DNA of 48,402 nt from Thermoplasmata archaeon (lineage in GTDB: Archaea > Thermoplasmatota > Thermoplasmata > RBG-16-68-12). Every line of letters starts with the position of its first letter. Within the stretch, counting starts at the first letter, position 1. The notes under the pieces are model-generated. The model saw only the letters and a program-made list of their open reading frames with translations, had not been told where the DNA came from and ran no database searches. The stretch lies in the NCBI GenBank assembly GCA_035639595.1, contig DASQXV010000082.1:1-48402 (forward strand), in the 5' to 3' direction. The translations under genes and the position numbers were made by a program. Below are positions 1-9,385 of the stretch, in pieces.

Positions 1-32
1 CGCAGGACGTCGTCCACGCTGATCGCAGCCAT
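1..32 (-). CDS. 5' end of an unidentified ORF leaving the window
   Basis: ATG at 32..30 on the minus strand, 4 nt after the stop of the upstream MFS gene. Reads MAAISVDDVL. Only 10 codons are visible. Confidence 0.15.
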   Translation of the reverse strand, partial: MAAISVDDVL

Positions 33-36
33 CGCG

Positions 37-1440
37 CTACGGATCTTCCGTCGCGTCGTCGAGGCCGATTCCGCCCACCGCGGTCGGCGGATCCGGATCC
101 GGCACGCCCACCGGCGGTCGCGGGACGGACGATGCCGCGGCGGCAGACGTGACGCGCACCGCAACGAGGATCGATGCGAGCATCAGGACGGCGGCGAGGA
201 AGAACACGAGGCCCGGAAGGACGATCGGACTGGTCGGCTGGATGGACGCCGCATAGACGAGCCCGTAAAGGACGGGACCGATCACGAGGGTGATGCCGTT
301 GATGCTCGCATTCGCCCCCTGCAGCTGCCCCTGTTGAGACGGGCTGACGTAGCGGGTCATGAGGCTCTGGAGCGCGGGCTGCACGAGGCCGATGGGCGCG
401 AAGACAAAGATTGCTATGATGAAGAGAATCCACGTTGACGCCAGCCCCCAGGTGACGAAGGCGGCGACCCCGAAGGCGATCCCCACGAACAGGGCGATCC
501 GTTCGCCGTATCGCTTGATGAACCGTTTGACGAGGAGCCCCTGGACGGTGATGTTGAGCGCCCCGACCACCGTGAGCGATAGGCCGACTTCCACATAGCC
601 CCACCCGATCCGGTAGTTCGCGTAGATTGTGAAGATGCTCGGAAGGACCTGAAACGCAAGGTACTGAACAAAGATCACGGCGCCGAGACCGAACAGGAGG
701 CGGTTCGAGCGAAGCAGGATGAGGGAGCCGATGGGGTTGGCTTTCTTCCACGCGAACCGTTCCCGATGCTCCGCCACCAGGGACTCGGGCAAGAGGAACA
801 GGGCGTAGGCAGCGCTGGTGAGGGAGCACGCGGCCGCGGCCCAGAACGGGTAGCGCGGGCCGAGGAGGCCCGCGAATCCTCCGAAGGCAGGGCCCACGAT
901 GAAGCCGACGCCCCACGCCGCGCCGACCAACCCGAATGCCGCGGCCCGCCGCTCCGGAGGCGTGACGTCCGCGACGTAGGCGCCCGCCGCCGCGAAGCTC
1001 GAGGCGGTGATCCCGGACAGGATCCGCCCGAGCAGGAGCCACTCGAGATTCGGAGCCAGGGCCATGATCATGTAGTCGCCGCCAAGGCCGAACGCGGAGA
1101 GGATGAGGACGGGGCGCCGACCGTACCGGTCGGAGAGCGCTCCCAGGACGGGCGCGAACAGGAACTGCATCAAGCCGAAGATCGTCAGGAACAGCCCGTT
1201 GATCGCGCCGGCCGCCGCCGAGTCTCCCGCAGTGAAGTCCTTGATCAGGAGGGGAAGGGTCGGGATCGTGATGCCGAAGCCCAGGGTGTCCAGGATGATC
1301 GTGACGAAGATGAACGCCAGCGCGGCCTGCCGGTGGCGGGATGTGCTGGAGGATGGTGTGAAGGTCAAAGCCCGCGGCGATACAGAGCGCGGTTTATCAA
1401 GATTGGGGGGAGAGGTCGGCGAAGATGAACATGTATGCAC
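37..1440 (-). CDS. MFS transporter (DHA1/TetA-like)
   Basis: Long hydrophobic multi-TM ORF with MFS motifs [14 protein letters not shown] and [13 protein letters not shown]. The maximal ORF starts at GTG 1440. An in-frame TTG at 1368 lies ~27 nt downstream of a TATA-like TTGATAAACC (1391-1400, minus) and may be the real start. Confidence 0.85.
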   Translation of the reverse strand: MHTCSSSPTSPPNLDKPRSVSPRALTFTPSSSTSRHRQAALAFIFVTIILDTLGFGITIPTLPLLIKDFTAGDSAAAGAINGLFLTIFGLMQFLFAPVLGALSDRYGRRPVLILSAFGLGGDYMIMALAPNLEWLLLGRILSGITASSFAAAGAYVADVTPPERRAAAFGLVGAAWGVGFIVGPAFGGFAGLLGPRYPFWAAAACSLTSAAYALFLLPESLVAEHRERFAWKKANPIGSLILLRSNRLLFGLGAVIFVQYLAFQVLPSIFTIYANYRIGWGYVEVGLSLTVVGALNITVQGLLVKRFIKRYGERIALFVGIAFGVAAFVTWGLASTWILFIIAIFVFAPIGLVQPALQSLMTRYVSPSQQGQLQGANASINGITLVIGPVLYGLVYAASIQPTSPIVLPGLVFFLAAVLMLASILVAVRVTSAAAASSVPRPPVGVPDPDPPTAVGGIGLDDATEDP

Positions 1441-1445
1441 TCTCG

Positions 1446-1730
1446 CTATCGGGACGCGCTCCAGAGCATCGCCCCGAGGCCCACGGCCTCGAAGCCTCCA
1501 ATCGCGAGCAAGTACGGGTCCAGGGCGTTCGGCACGATGGACATCATCGTGACGAAGGAGTAAACGACCAGGGCGTTCTGGGTCAGGAAGGCCGCCGCGA
1601 AGACGAGGAGCGCCAAGGTGAAGGGGGCTTTCGTCCGCGCATAAACGCCGCGGTAGACCACGAGGAGGAGAGCGGCAAGGACGATATTCACCAGGCCGAC
1701 AACGATGCTCGCCGTCATCATGTCGCTCAT
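1446..1730 (-). CDS. small integral membrane protein (3 predicted TM), hypothetical
   Basis: ATG at 1730 (MSDMMTASIVVGLVNIVLAALLLVVY...) preceded by GGGAGG. The remainder of ORF 1446..2030 upstream of this Met is Arg/Ser/Thr-rich and non-protein-like. Sits between the wHTH gene and the MFS gene on the same strand. Confidence 0.6.
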   Translation of the reverse strand: MSDMMTASIVVGLVNIVLAALLLVVYRGVYARTKAPFTLALLVFAAAFLTQNALVVYSFVTMMSIVPNALDPYLLAIGGFEAVGLGAMLWSASR

Positions 1731-1782
1731 CGCGTCCGGCCCTCCCGTACCGCGACGAAGCCCATGGATGTATCCCCCCTTG

Positions 1783-2094
1783 TCAAGTGTGTTCTCCCGG
1801 TGCCCGCGGCATTCGGCGGCGAACCTCTTCGAATATCCGGTAGTTTCCCTCGAGGTAGGGGGTGAGGAAGTACGGGGCGGCGTACTCCCTCCCCGCGGGC
1901 TGTTTGAGGAGTCCGTTTCGTTCGAGCAAGTCCAGGTGGTGCCGGATCGTCCGATAGTCGAGCCCGAGGATCTCCGACAGCTGGTGCGCGTTGCACGGCC
2001 GCTCGCGGAGCGTCTCGATAATCCTCGCACGGTTCGGACCGCCTCGCGTGCCCGCGATAAGGAACCAGAGCAGCTGCCGCAGCTCGGCGCTCAC
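1783..2094 (-). CDS. winged helix-turn-helix transcriptional regulator (ArsR-like)
   Basis: 103 aa, GTG start. RARIIETLRERPCNAHQLSEILGLDYRTIRHHLDLLERNGLL is a typical ArsR/wHTH recognition segment. Confidence 0.8.
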   Translation of the reverse strand: MSAELRQLLWFLIAGTRGGPNRARIIETLRERPCNAHQLSEILGLDYRTIRHHLDLLERNGLLKQPAGREYAAPYFLTPYLEGNYRIFEEVRRRMPRAPGEHT

Positions 2095-2143
2095 GGTCGA
2101 CCGCGCGCGGTACCGGGCCGCGGTCTAAAGAGGGTGTCGTGTC

Positions 2144-2980
2144 TCAACTCACCACGGGGCAGTTCACATGGATCGTCGTCGTCTCGATCGTGAGTTGGCC
2201 CGCATCTCGCGCGGCGAGGATCGAACGAGCATCCTGGAGGGTGTTGGCCATGTACGACGGCCCCACGATGACTTTCATGACGTTCCACAGATCACTGTAA
2301 CCGGGCGACCCAGGCAGGACATCGATGACGTTCCGCTGGCCGGCGACAGGGGTCCCGTCCGCATGGAAGAAGGCGTAGATCGGCGCGTCCTGGATAATCC
2401 AACCGGCTGCGGGCGACCTCGTCCCTTCGTCGAAGTACGAGACCTCGCGGTCCCGATACCAACCCAAGGTGAGCGAGCCGCCTCCGCCTCCTAGCGTCGC
2501 GTTCGGATTCACCACGGGGCAGTTCACGATGATGTCGGTCGCTTCGATCGTGTACCCGGAGGCGACGGCGTCCGCGAAGGACCGGATAGTGTTGGGAACA
2601 TACCCGCTCGGGACGAGGACCTTGTGGACCCGCCAGAAGTCGCTGTATCCGGGCTGCCCGGGGATCGTGTCGATAATGTTCCGCTGACTCGCGACGGACG
2701 CCGTTGGCGAGGACGCTTGGAAGAACGCGAGGATCGGGACGGCCACGTTGGGTTGGGGACCAAAGTCCAGGTAGGTCACGGAGGCGTTCCGGAACCAGCC
2801 ATCGACCCGCGGGATGGTACTCGTCCGCGCCAGGTGGTTAACAGGCCCTGGAGGCGTTGAGGCGGCGGGACGTCCGAGGATGTAGCCTGCCGCGATTCCC
2901 GCCAGGAGGAGGGCAATCGCAAGGATCGCGAAGAGGACATTCAACCGGCCCTTGTGCGGCGCAGCGTTCGGCGGATCCAT
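2144..2980 (-). CDS. N-terminally membrane-anchored or secreted protein made of two tandem ~110-aa repeats, function unknown
   Basis: ATG at 2980 gives MDPPNAAPHKGRLNVLFAILAIALLLAGIAAGYIL (signal anchor). Two repeats share W(F/Y)R..V.Y.D.G...AFF...QRN(I/V)ID..PG.PGYSD(F/L)W.V.KV...NT...TIE.T.I.VNCPVV. The maximal ORF extends to TTG 3007. Confidence 0.75.
   Translation of the reverse strand: MDPPNAAPHKGRLNVLFAILAIALLLAGIAAGYILGRPAASTPPGPVNHLARTSTIPRVDGWFRNASVTYLDFGPQPNVAVPILAFFQASSPTASVASQRNIIDTIPGQPGYSDFWRVHKVLVPSGYVPNTIRSFADAVASGYTIEATDIIVNCPVVNPNATLGGGGGSLTLGWYRDREVSYFDEGTRSPAAGWIIQDAPIYAFFHADGTPVAGQRNVIDVLPGSPGYSDLWNVMKVIVGPSYMANTLQDARSILAARDAGQLTIETTTIHVNCPVVS
2149..2527. repeat. internal tandem duplication within the CDS
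   Basis: The exact 19-nt string tcaccacggggcagttcac occurs at 2149-2167 and 2509-2527, exactly 360 nt (120 codons) apart. It encodes the VNCPVV ends of the two protein repeats. Confidence 0.9.
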
Positions 2981-3179
2981 GCGGCAATGAGCCGGCAACG
3001 AGGTCAAGTGGCTATGTCAGAATTCGACCCGAATTGGATGATCCGGATCGTGTGGTCGGTCAGCGCTTCCATTTGGTGTTCGGCTAGGAAGCTTGTCGCC
3101 ACCAGCCGTTCGATTGTCCACGGTCCTCTCGCCCACCCCGCGTGAACCTCCTTAACCTCACGACGCATTCCTTTGCCCC

Positions 3180-3608
3180 ATGGCGAAAGGGCCGCGAGCA
3201 TCCCGCATCACCGGCATCGGAGGCATCTTCAAGGCGAAGGACCCGGACGCCCTCGCCCGGTGGTACGACCGGCACCTGGGGATTGGCGCGGAGAACCGGA
3301 TGGTGCTCTTCTCCTGGCGGAGCGGGAAGGACGGCAAGGCCCATGGCCACACCGTGTGGTCGATCTTTCCGGCGGACACCGAATACTTCGGGGACAAGGG
3401 ACCCTCGTTCACGATCAACTTCCGGGTGAAGGACTTGGACACGGTGCTGAAGTCCCTCCGCCGGGAGGGAGTCGACGTCGAGCGGGAGGTCCAGGACAAG
3501 GACAACGGCCGGTTCGGCTGGATCACGGACCCGGAGGGCAATCGGATCGAACTGTGGCATCCGCCGGCGGGGAGTCGCCCGCCCGAAGCGTCCTTCGAGA
3601 TGGAGTAG
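3180..3608 (+). CDS. VOC (glyoxalase/bleomycin-resistance/dioxygenase) family protein
   Basis: 142 aa. GIGGIFKAKDPDALARWY...GRFGWITDPEGNRIELW matches the paired beta-alpha-beta-beta-beta VOC pattern. Confidence 0.8.
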   Translation: MAKGPRASRITGIGGIFKAKDPDALARWYDRHLGIGAENRMVLFSWRSGKDGKAHGHTVWSIFPADTEYFGDKGPSFTINFRVKDLDTVLKSLRREGVDVEREVQDKDNGRFGWITDPEGNRIELWHPPAGSRPPEASFEME

Positions 3609-3615
3609 GGGACCG

Positions 3616-4179
3616 ATGGCCGAGATCCGCGATTGGACACGGATGAGGGACATGTCCGCCCGCCTCCTCGAGGAGCGGACGGGCCTGGGCGTGGCCGACT
3701 GGAACGAACGAATTCGCAAAGCGAGACCCGAGGACGAAGCGGCCTTGCGCAAATGGCTGACGAGGCAAGGGGTCATCGGCTATGCCCAGAGCCTCCTCGT
3801 GATGGAGACGTTCGGATACCCGGACTTCCTGAGGGCGACCGCGAAGGAGCTGATCGACGGACAATATGCGGACCGACCGCACCTCCGTCCCATCCTCGAT
3901 GCGGTCCTCCAGGCGGCCGAGTCTCTCGGCGATGTCACGATTCAGGCGCGGAAGACGTACATCTCGCTTGTCTCAGGCCGCAGGACATTCGCCCGAGTTC
4001 AACCGACGAAAGACTATGTGGCGATTGCCCTCCGCCTCGAAGACCCGAAGCCCGGTGGCCGCCTCCGGCCGTCAAGGATCCACGAAAGTATGCGGGTCCA
4101 GGTAGAACTCTCATCGGTGAAGGATTTGGATGCCGACGCCAACCGCTGGCTCCGTCGGGCCTACGCCGAGAATCGCTAG
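3616..4179 (+). CDS. DUF5655 domain protein with DUF4287-like N-terminus
   Basis: 187 aa, 7 nt after the VOC gene. The C-terminal half (LRPILDAVLQAAESLGDVTIQARKTYISLV...FARVQPTKDYVAIALRL...WLRRAY) fits my memory of the DUF5655 pattern. Confidence 0.55.
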   Translation: MAEIRDWTRMRDMSARLLEERTGLGVADWNERIRKARPEDEAALRKWLTRQGVIGYAQSLLVMETFGYPDFLRATAKELIDGQYADRPHLRPILDAVLQAAESLGDVTIQARKTYISLVSGRRTFARVQPTKDYVAIALRLEDPKPGGRLRPSRIHESMRVQVELSSVKDLDADANRWLRRAYAENR

Positions 4180-4194
4180 TTGCGACCTGGGAGT

Positions 4195-4992
4195 CTAGAA
4201 GGCGATTCGCCGGCCGTCGCGATAGAATCCGCCCGTCGCGTCCGGTGGGAGCTTCACGGCGAGGAGGATGGAGCGCGCGCCGACCGGCACGCTGCGGGAG
4301 GCGCCGGGACCACCCATGTCCGTCCGCACCCACCCCGGGCAGACGGAATTGACGGTGATCCCTTTCGCGGAGAGATCGCGTGCGAGGATCCGGGTCAAAG
4401 CATTGATTGCGATCTTGGAGACGGAATAGGAGGACGGCCAGCCCTCGCCCTTCGCCTTTCCCACCTCCAGCGCGGAGAGGTAGGAGGCGACGAAGGCGTC
4501 GAGGGCAGGCCTCGCCAGGGAGGGGTCCTCGAACTTGGCGCGAAGTTCCTTGCCGAGGTAGGAGAGCTCGCCCAGTCCGCTTGACACGTTGATGATGCGG
4601 CCCCCGCGGCGGAGGAAGGGGACGAGAGCGTCGGTAACGTCGCGCGTCCCGAAGTAGTTCGTCGCGATCGTCTGGGCCCCGAGGCGACGATCGCCTCCCC
4701 AGGAGCCGATCCCCGCGTTGTTCACGAGGACGTCCAGGCGAGGGACGAGCCCTGGGAGGTCTCGGGCCAAGGCCGTGATGCTCTTCCGATCCGTAACGTC
4801 GAGCTTGTGGTACTGCACCGCTCGCCCCCCGGCATCGAGTTGTTGTGCCGCGGCGATCCCCTTTGCTTCATCGCGGCTCGTCAGGACGACCCGATACCCG
4901 TCGGCGAGGAGCTGGCGGGCCGTCTCCAGGCCCAGGCCGCGGTTCGCCCCGGTGACCAGGGCGATGGGCCGCTCCGAGGTCTCGTCGACCAT
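4195..4992 (-). CDS. SDR family oxidoreductase (carbonyl-reductase-like)
   Basis: TGANRGLGLETARQL Rossmann motif, NNAG, and YSVSK (YxxxK) catalytic motif. Confidence 0.9.
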   Translation of the reverse strand: MVDETSERPIALVTGANRGLGLETARQLLADGYRVVLTSRDEAKGIAAAQQLDAGGRAVQYHKLDVTDRKSITALARDLPGLVPRLDVLVNNAGIGSWGGDRRLGAQTIATNYFGTRDVTDALVPFLRRGGRIINVSSGLGELSYLGKELRAKFEDPSLARPALDAFVASYLSALEVGKAKGEGWPSSYSVSKIAINALTRILARDLSAKGITVNSVCPGWVRTDMGGPGASRSVPVGARSILLAVKLPPDATGGFYRDGRRIAF

Positions 4993-5066
4993 CGAAGACG
5001 TCTAACGAAACCGTCAGGGATGTCGTTTTGCTCCGTGCGAGCCTCGCTCGTTGGGCGTCCCGAGGA

Positions 5067-6113
5067 TCAGCGCGAGACGCGATGGCCGAACTCGTTGATC
5101 GTGAGGATCATCTCGTTCAGGCGACCCGCGCGCCCTTGTCGGTAGGCGAAGACGATCCGCGGCTTCGTTCGCAAGGTTGGCTCGTCCTCCTCTTCCGGGA
5201 GGGCGGACGTCTTGGCGATCCTACCGGACGCCACGATATCCGAGAACCGTTCGTTCAGCTCCGCGATCTGATCCTCGGAGAGTTCCTTCTCGAGCCGGAT
5301 GACGAGACGATTTCCGACCTGGCGGATCGAGTGGTAGGTCGAGTAATAGGAGGCGATCCAGTCCGCCGCCTGCTCGGGCGAGCGGACGATCCGGTAGAGA
5401 CTGAGATCCTCAGGGGAGATGAAGCCGCGGGCGAGCAGCTGTCCCCGTACGAACTGGTCCCAGGTCTCCCAGTAGTCTTCCCCCGGAAGCTCGATCAGGA
5501 CCACAGGCATGGGCGGGGACTTGCCCGTTTGCAGGAGGGTCAGGACCTCGAACCCTTCATCGTGAGTGCCGAACCCACCGGGGAACAGGGCGACGCCGTC
5601 GGCCTCCATGACGAAGAACACCTTGCGGGTGAAGAAGTACCGGAAGTTGATAACCTTGGGATCGTCCGCTATGAGCCTCGTCGGGCCTTTCTCGTAGGGC
5701 AGCAGGATGTTCACTCCGAAGCTGTTCTCCGGTCCCGCACCTTCGATCCCCGCCCGCATAATCCCCTCGGCCGCTCCCGTGATCACCATGAACCCCTTCT
5801 TCACCAGCGAGCGGCTGAACTCCACCGCGAGGTCATAGTAGGGATTCCCCTTCTGCGCCCGGGCCGTCCCGAAGATGGAGACCTTACGCACGCCGCGGTA
5901 CGGCTTGAAGACCCGCGCCGCATACTGAAACTCCGCCACGGCCCGGTTGATAATCTTGAGGTCGAGGATGTCGAGCTCGTCCCTCTTGGCCTTCAGCGCG
6001 TTCAGGAGGATGTCCCGGTAAAGCTGGGACCGCAGGTCCTTATGATCCGAGGTGAGAATTTCTTCCGCCGCGCGCAGCGCGTCCTCGATGTTCTCCGATT
6101 TCCGACCGGCCAT
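5067..6113 (-). CDS. LOG/TIGR00730 family protein (nucleotide 5'-monophosphate nucleosidase type) with N- and C-terminal extensions
   Basis: VSIFGTAR..., GAAEGIMRAG and the PGGFGTHDEGFE (PGGxGTxxE) motif. 348 aa, longer than minimal LOG proteins. Confidence 0.8.
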   Translation of the reverse strand: MAGRKSENIEDALRAAEEILTSDHKDLRSQLYRDILLNALKAKRDELDILDLKIINRAVAEFQYAARVFKPYRGVRKVSIFGTARAQKGNPYYDLAVEFSRSLVKKGFMVITGAAEGIMRAGIEGAGPENSFGVNILLPYEKGPTRLIADDPKVINFRYFFTRKVFFVMEADGVALFPGGFGTHDEGFEVLTLLQTGKSPPMPVVLIELPGEDYWETWDQFVRGQLLARGFISPEDLSLYRIVRSPEQAADWIASYYSTYHSIRQVGNRLVIRLEKELSEDQIAELNERFSDIVASGRIAKTSALPEEEDEPTLRTKPRIVFAYRQGRAGRLNEMILTINEFGHRVSR

Positions 6114-6247
6114 CCCTTTTCCCCCTGGGCGCGGGTTTTCTCAGCGAACCGTACACATCCCGGTCTCTTCAAGGGCATCCCCGTGGTTCTCAGGATCATC
6201 GAGGCCTCCGTGCCGGCGGCCACATCCCGCAGCGATCGTCGGACCGC

Positions 6248-6526
6248 TCAGGGCTGGGCTTTGGCTTGGAGACCGTTTCCTCCTCGAGCGAGGAGGCCGA
6301 TTGCGAGGCCGATGACGCCCCCCGCGGAGAAGCCGAGCAGACCCCACATCGCCGATTCCACGTCTCCGGTGCCCCAGAGCACGAGCAACTGGGAGAGCAC
6401 CCCGGTCCCTAGCAGGCCGGACACGAAGGCCTTACCTGTTCCCGGACTCTTGCTGAGGCCCGCTCCGAGGCCCACGAGGAGCCCGAACGCGAAGGAGGCG
6501 AGGAAGATGAGGATGAAGTTGGTCAT
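6248..6526 (-). CDS. small Gly-rich membrane protein, hypothetical
   Basis: 92 aa, three hydrophobic segments, GGAGG 8 nt upstream of the ATG at 6526. Confidence 0.55.
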   Translation of the reverse strand: MTNFILIFLASFAFGLLVGLGAGLSKSPGTGKAFVSGLLGTGVLSQLLVLWGTGDVESAMWGLLGFSAGGVIGLAIGLLARGGNGLQAKAQP

Positions 6527-6666
6527 TACCCGGACCTCCTACTGTCATGGCCGGAACCGACCGATAACGATTGCGGGCCGCGAACCCTTGACAAACCGTC
6601 GCCACGTTTGCGGTAGGGGCGACGCGAGGTTTATCCCCGGTCCCAGCCCTCGCCGCCCGCGAGACC

Positions 6667-7053
6667 ATGATTCAGCGCATCGATCCCCCCACTGCATCAG
6701 GGCCGCCCTATTCTGGAGTGGTCGTCGCCGGACCGTTCGTCTTCGTCTCCGGGCAAGTCGGCACAGATCCGAAGACCGGGACGGCCCCGTCGGGGTTCAA
6801 GGCGCAGACTCAGAACGTCCTCGCGAACATCGCGGCCAAACTCTCGAAGGCGGGCTGTACCTTGAAGGACGTCGTCAAGTCGACGGTCTTCCTCTCCGAC
6901 ATCCGCGGCTTCGACGAGATGAACGAAGTGTATCGCGCGACGTTCGCGCCCGACTTCCCGGCGCGCTCGACGCTCGAGGCCCGCCTCGCCCGTCCGGAGT
7001 TCCTCGTGGAGATCGAGGTCGTGGCGTATCGGCCCGCGGGCAAAGAGAAGTAG
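6667..7053 (+). CDS. ridA: RidA/YjgF family reactive-intermediate deaminase
   Basis: 128 aa. YSGVVVAGPFVFVSGQVG...DVVKSTVFLSDI..F..MNEVY...F....PARST.......EIEVVA is the canonical YjgF/RidA pattern. Confidence 0.9.
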   Translation: MIQRIDPPTASGPPYSGVVVAGPFVFVSGQVGTDPKTGTAPSGFKAQTQNVLANIAAKLSKAGCTLKDVVKSTVFLSDIRGFDEMNEVYRATFAPDFPARSTLEARLARPEFLVEIEVVAYRPAGKEK

Positions 7054-7082
7054 CCTCGGGTCGGGGCGGCGAATCAGTTGCC

Positions 7083-8462
7083 TTACGGCGGCCGGATCGC
7101 GTCGGCGGCCTCGGCGAGGATGTCCGCCCCTCGGTCAATCTGATCCTCGGTCGTGACCAGAGGAGGGAGCAGGCGGAGGACGTTTCCAAACCGGCCCGCC
7201 TTCCACACAATCAAGCCGCGGCGCAGGCACTCGAGCTGCAAGGCCTGCACCCCCTCCTTCCAAGGTTCCTTCGTCCGGCGGTCCTTGACCAGCTCCATGC
7301 CGAGCATGAGGCCTCGGCCTCGGACATTGCCCACGTATTCGTGCTCTTCCGCCAGCTCCGCCAAGCGTTTTCTGAGGCGTCCGCCCATTTCCTTGACGTG
7401 GTCCAAGAGCCTCTCCTGCTCCAGGAACTGGAGCGCGGCGAGGCCCGCGGCCATGCCCACGAGGTTCCCGCGGAACGTCCCCACATGGGCGCCCGGTTCC
7501 CACGCGTCCAGGTCCGGCCGGACCACGAGGGCGGAGAGCGGGAGGCCGCCCCCAATCGATTTCGCGATGGGCATGAGGTCCGGCGTGATGCCCGCGGCCT
7601 CGCAGGAGTACAGGTCTCCCGTCCGGCCGAGGCCCGCCTGGATCTCGTCGACGATGAGGGGGATCTCGCGCTCCTCCGTGATCCGTCGGACCTCCCTCAG
7701 GAACTCGACGGGCGCGTCGACGATGCCCCCCTCCCCTTGCACGGGCTCGAGGATGACGGCCGCGGGCTCCGGAACGCCGCTGTACGGGTCATCGAGGATC
7801 CGCTCCAGGTTCCGCTCGGGTTCCATGCAGCAGCCGTTCCCGCCGTCCGCGCCCTTGCCGAAGGGGCATCGGTAGCAGTACGGATATGGGAGGAAATGGG
7901 TCTCCGCCACGAGGGGTGGGAGGCTCGTCTTGGGCCGGGACTGGGAGCCGACCGCCAGGCTGGCCGCCGTCTGTCCGTGGTACGCCCCCTCGAACGAGAT
8001 GACCGCATAGCGGTTGCGGTGATGCCGCGCGAGCTTGAGGGCCGACTCGACCGCGTCCGACCCGGTCGGGCTTCCGAACAATATACGAGAGGCGTTCCGA
8101 AGACGGCCGGGGGCCGTCTCGATTAACGCGCGGATCAGCTCGAGCCGCGCCTCGTGCGGGAAGTCGAGGGAGTGCGCGAGCCGTCGAAGCTGGGCCTCCG
8201 CGGCCTTCAGGATCATCGGGTTCGCGTGCCCGAAGTTCAGGACGCTGATGCCCGCGTAGAAATCCAGGAACAGGTTCCCATCGACATCCTTGACCGTGCT
8301 GCCCTTCCCTTCCGCGAGGGCCAGGGGGAGGGATTTCGGATAGAGCACGGCCGCGCTCTCGTATTTTTCTTGCAGTTTTAGGAGGGCGGTGGCCTTCGGA
8401 CCCGGGGGCTCCACGACCATCCGGGGTGCCCCCGGAAAGTGGAGGTCCGCGAACCGGGTCAT
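7083..8462 (-). CDS. class III PLP-dependent aminotransferase (4-aminobutyrate/putrescine/ornithine aminotransferase type)
   Basis: Start ATG at 8462 (MTRFADLHF) overlaps the upstream permease stop as ATGA. Motifs GSDAVESALKLAR, DEIQAGLGRTG and the PLP-Lys motif PIAKSIGGGLPL. The longer ORF 7083..8945 is an out-of-context N-terminal extension. Confidence 0.9.
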   Translation of the reverse strand: MTRFADLHFPGAPRMVVEPPGPKATALLKLQEKYESAAVLYPKSLPLALAEGKGSTVKDVDGNLFLDFYAGISVLNFGHANPMILKAAEAQLRRLAHSLDFPHEARLELIRALIETAPGRLRNASRILFGSPTGSDAVESALKLARHHRNRYAVISFEGAYHGQTAASLAVGSQSRPKTSLPPLVAETHFLPYPYCYRCPFGKGADGGNGCCMEPERNLERILDDPYSGVPEPAAVILEPVQGEGGIVDAPVEFLREVRRITEEREIPLIVDEIQAGLGRTGDLYSCEAAGITPDLMPIAKSIGGGLPLSALVVRPDLDAWEPGAHVGTFRGNLVGMAAGLAALQFLEQERLLDHVKEMGGRLRKRLAELAEEHEYVGNVRGRGLMLGMELVKDRRTKEPWKEGVQALQLECLRRGLIVWKAGRFGNVLRLLPPLVTTEDQIDRGADILAEAADAIRPP

Positions 8463-9385
8463 GCATCCTCCGCATGCAAGAGGACGGTCGCGGTCGATTT
8501 CCTCCGACGGGGGAAACCCATTCGTAGCTTGCCGGTCTTCTTTTCGGCGGACTTCGCGACCCGCCCGACCATCGTCAGGTAGATGGTCGCGACGGCGATC
8601 AGGCTGAGGGAAAGGATCACCGTGAGGGCGGACAGGGCGAAGATCTCCGGCGTAATGGAGACCGTGATCTTGTTCCATACATACGTCGGGATCGTCTGAC
8701 CGAGGCCTTGCAGGTAGTACGTCCGGCTGAACTCGTTGAACGACAGGACGAAGGAGAAGATCGCGGCGCTCGTGATCCCGGGCTTGATGATCGGGTACTC
8801 GATGTCTTTGAAGGCCCGCCACTCGTTGGCCCCGAGGTCCATCGCGGCTAGGACCGTCTCCCGGTTCACCGCGGACATGCTCGTGAGGATCACGAGGAAG
8901 GCAAACGGGAGGGCCCAGAGCACATGCCCGACGAGTTCCGTCCACATGCTCCGCTGGAGGCCCGCGAATTCCGTCAAGAGGATGCTCAGGCTGAACCCCT
9001 GGATCAACCCCGGCAGGAAGATCGGGAGGATCATGATCGCGATCACGAGGGTCTTGAAGCGCGTCTTGCGGTATCCCAGGGCGGTCTGCAGGGCGAGCAC
9101 GGTCGTGACGGCGGTCGTCAGGAACGCCAGGAGGATCGACTTGACGAGCGCGTCGATCAGGGGTTTCGTCTGGATCATGACGTTGTACCAGACGAGGCTG
9201 AAGCCCCTAGGGACCTGAACCCTGCCGGAGGGGTTGAAGGAGACGGCGACGAGCAGGAGCGGCGGCAGGAGGATGTAGAGGACGAAGAAGCCGACGAAGA
9301 TCCACCAGATCTGAGACCCGTGCGTCTCGAGGAAGACCTCGAGCCGTCCGCGCCGGATCGTAGCAGCGAGGTTGTTCGCTCTCAT
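8459..9385 (-). CDS. ABC transporter permease (PotC-like)
   Basis: Six-TM profile, binding-protein-dependent transport inner-membrane signature region (AAMDLGANEWRAFKDIEYPIIKPG), ATGA overlap with the upstream permease at 9382-9385. Confidence 0.9.
   Translation of the reverse strand: MRANNLAATIRRGRLEVFLETHGSQIWWIFVGFFVLYILLPPLLLVAVSFNPSGRVQVPRGFSLVWYNVMIQTKPLIDALVKSILLAFLTTAVTTVLALQTALGYRKTRFKTLVIAIMILPIFLPGLIQGFSLSILLTEFAGLQRSMWTELVGHVLWALPFAFLVILTSMSAVNRETVLAAMDLGANEWRAFKDIEYPIIKPGITSAAIFSFVLSFNEFSRTYYLQGLGQTIPTYVWNKITVSITPEIFALSALTVILSLSLIAVATIYLTMVGRVAKSAEKKTGKLRMGFPRRRKSTATVLLHAEDA

Noticed and set aside
2954-3201. Small ORFs (2954..3145 plus, 3004..3201 minus) in the 170-bp spacer before the VOC gene
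   Set aside because: No start context, no motifs, and mutually overlapping. More likely promoter/spacer DNA.
5028-8126. 1032-aa plus-strand ORF spanning the LOG, small membrane, RidA and aminotransferase loci
   Set aside because: The composition is extremely Arg/Pro/Gly/Asp-rich with no motifs. It runs antisense to or out of frame with four well-supported genes. This is a typical shadow ORF of a GC-rich genome.
8463-8945. N-terminal extensions implied by the maximal ORFs: 7083..8945 (shown here), and also 22166..24334, 22938..24677, 33589..35001, 36546..37700, 36606..37094, 43009..43854 and 15707..17068
   Set aside because: The extensions overlap neighbouring genes on the same or opposite strand and are compositionally non-protein-like. 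The conserved family N-termini begin at the internal starts I report.
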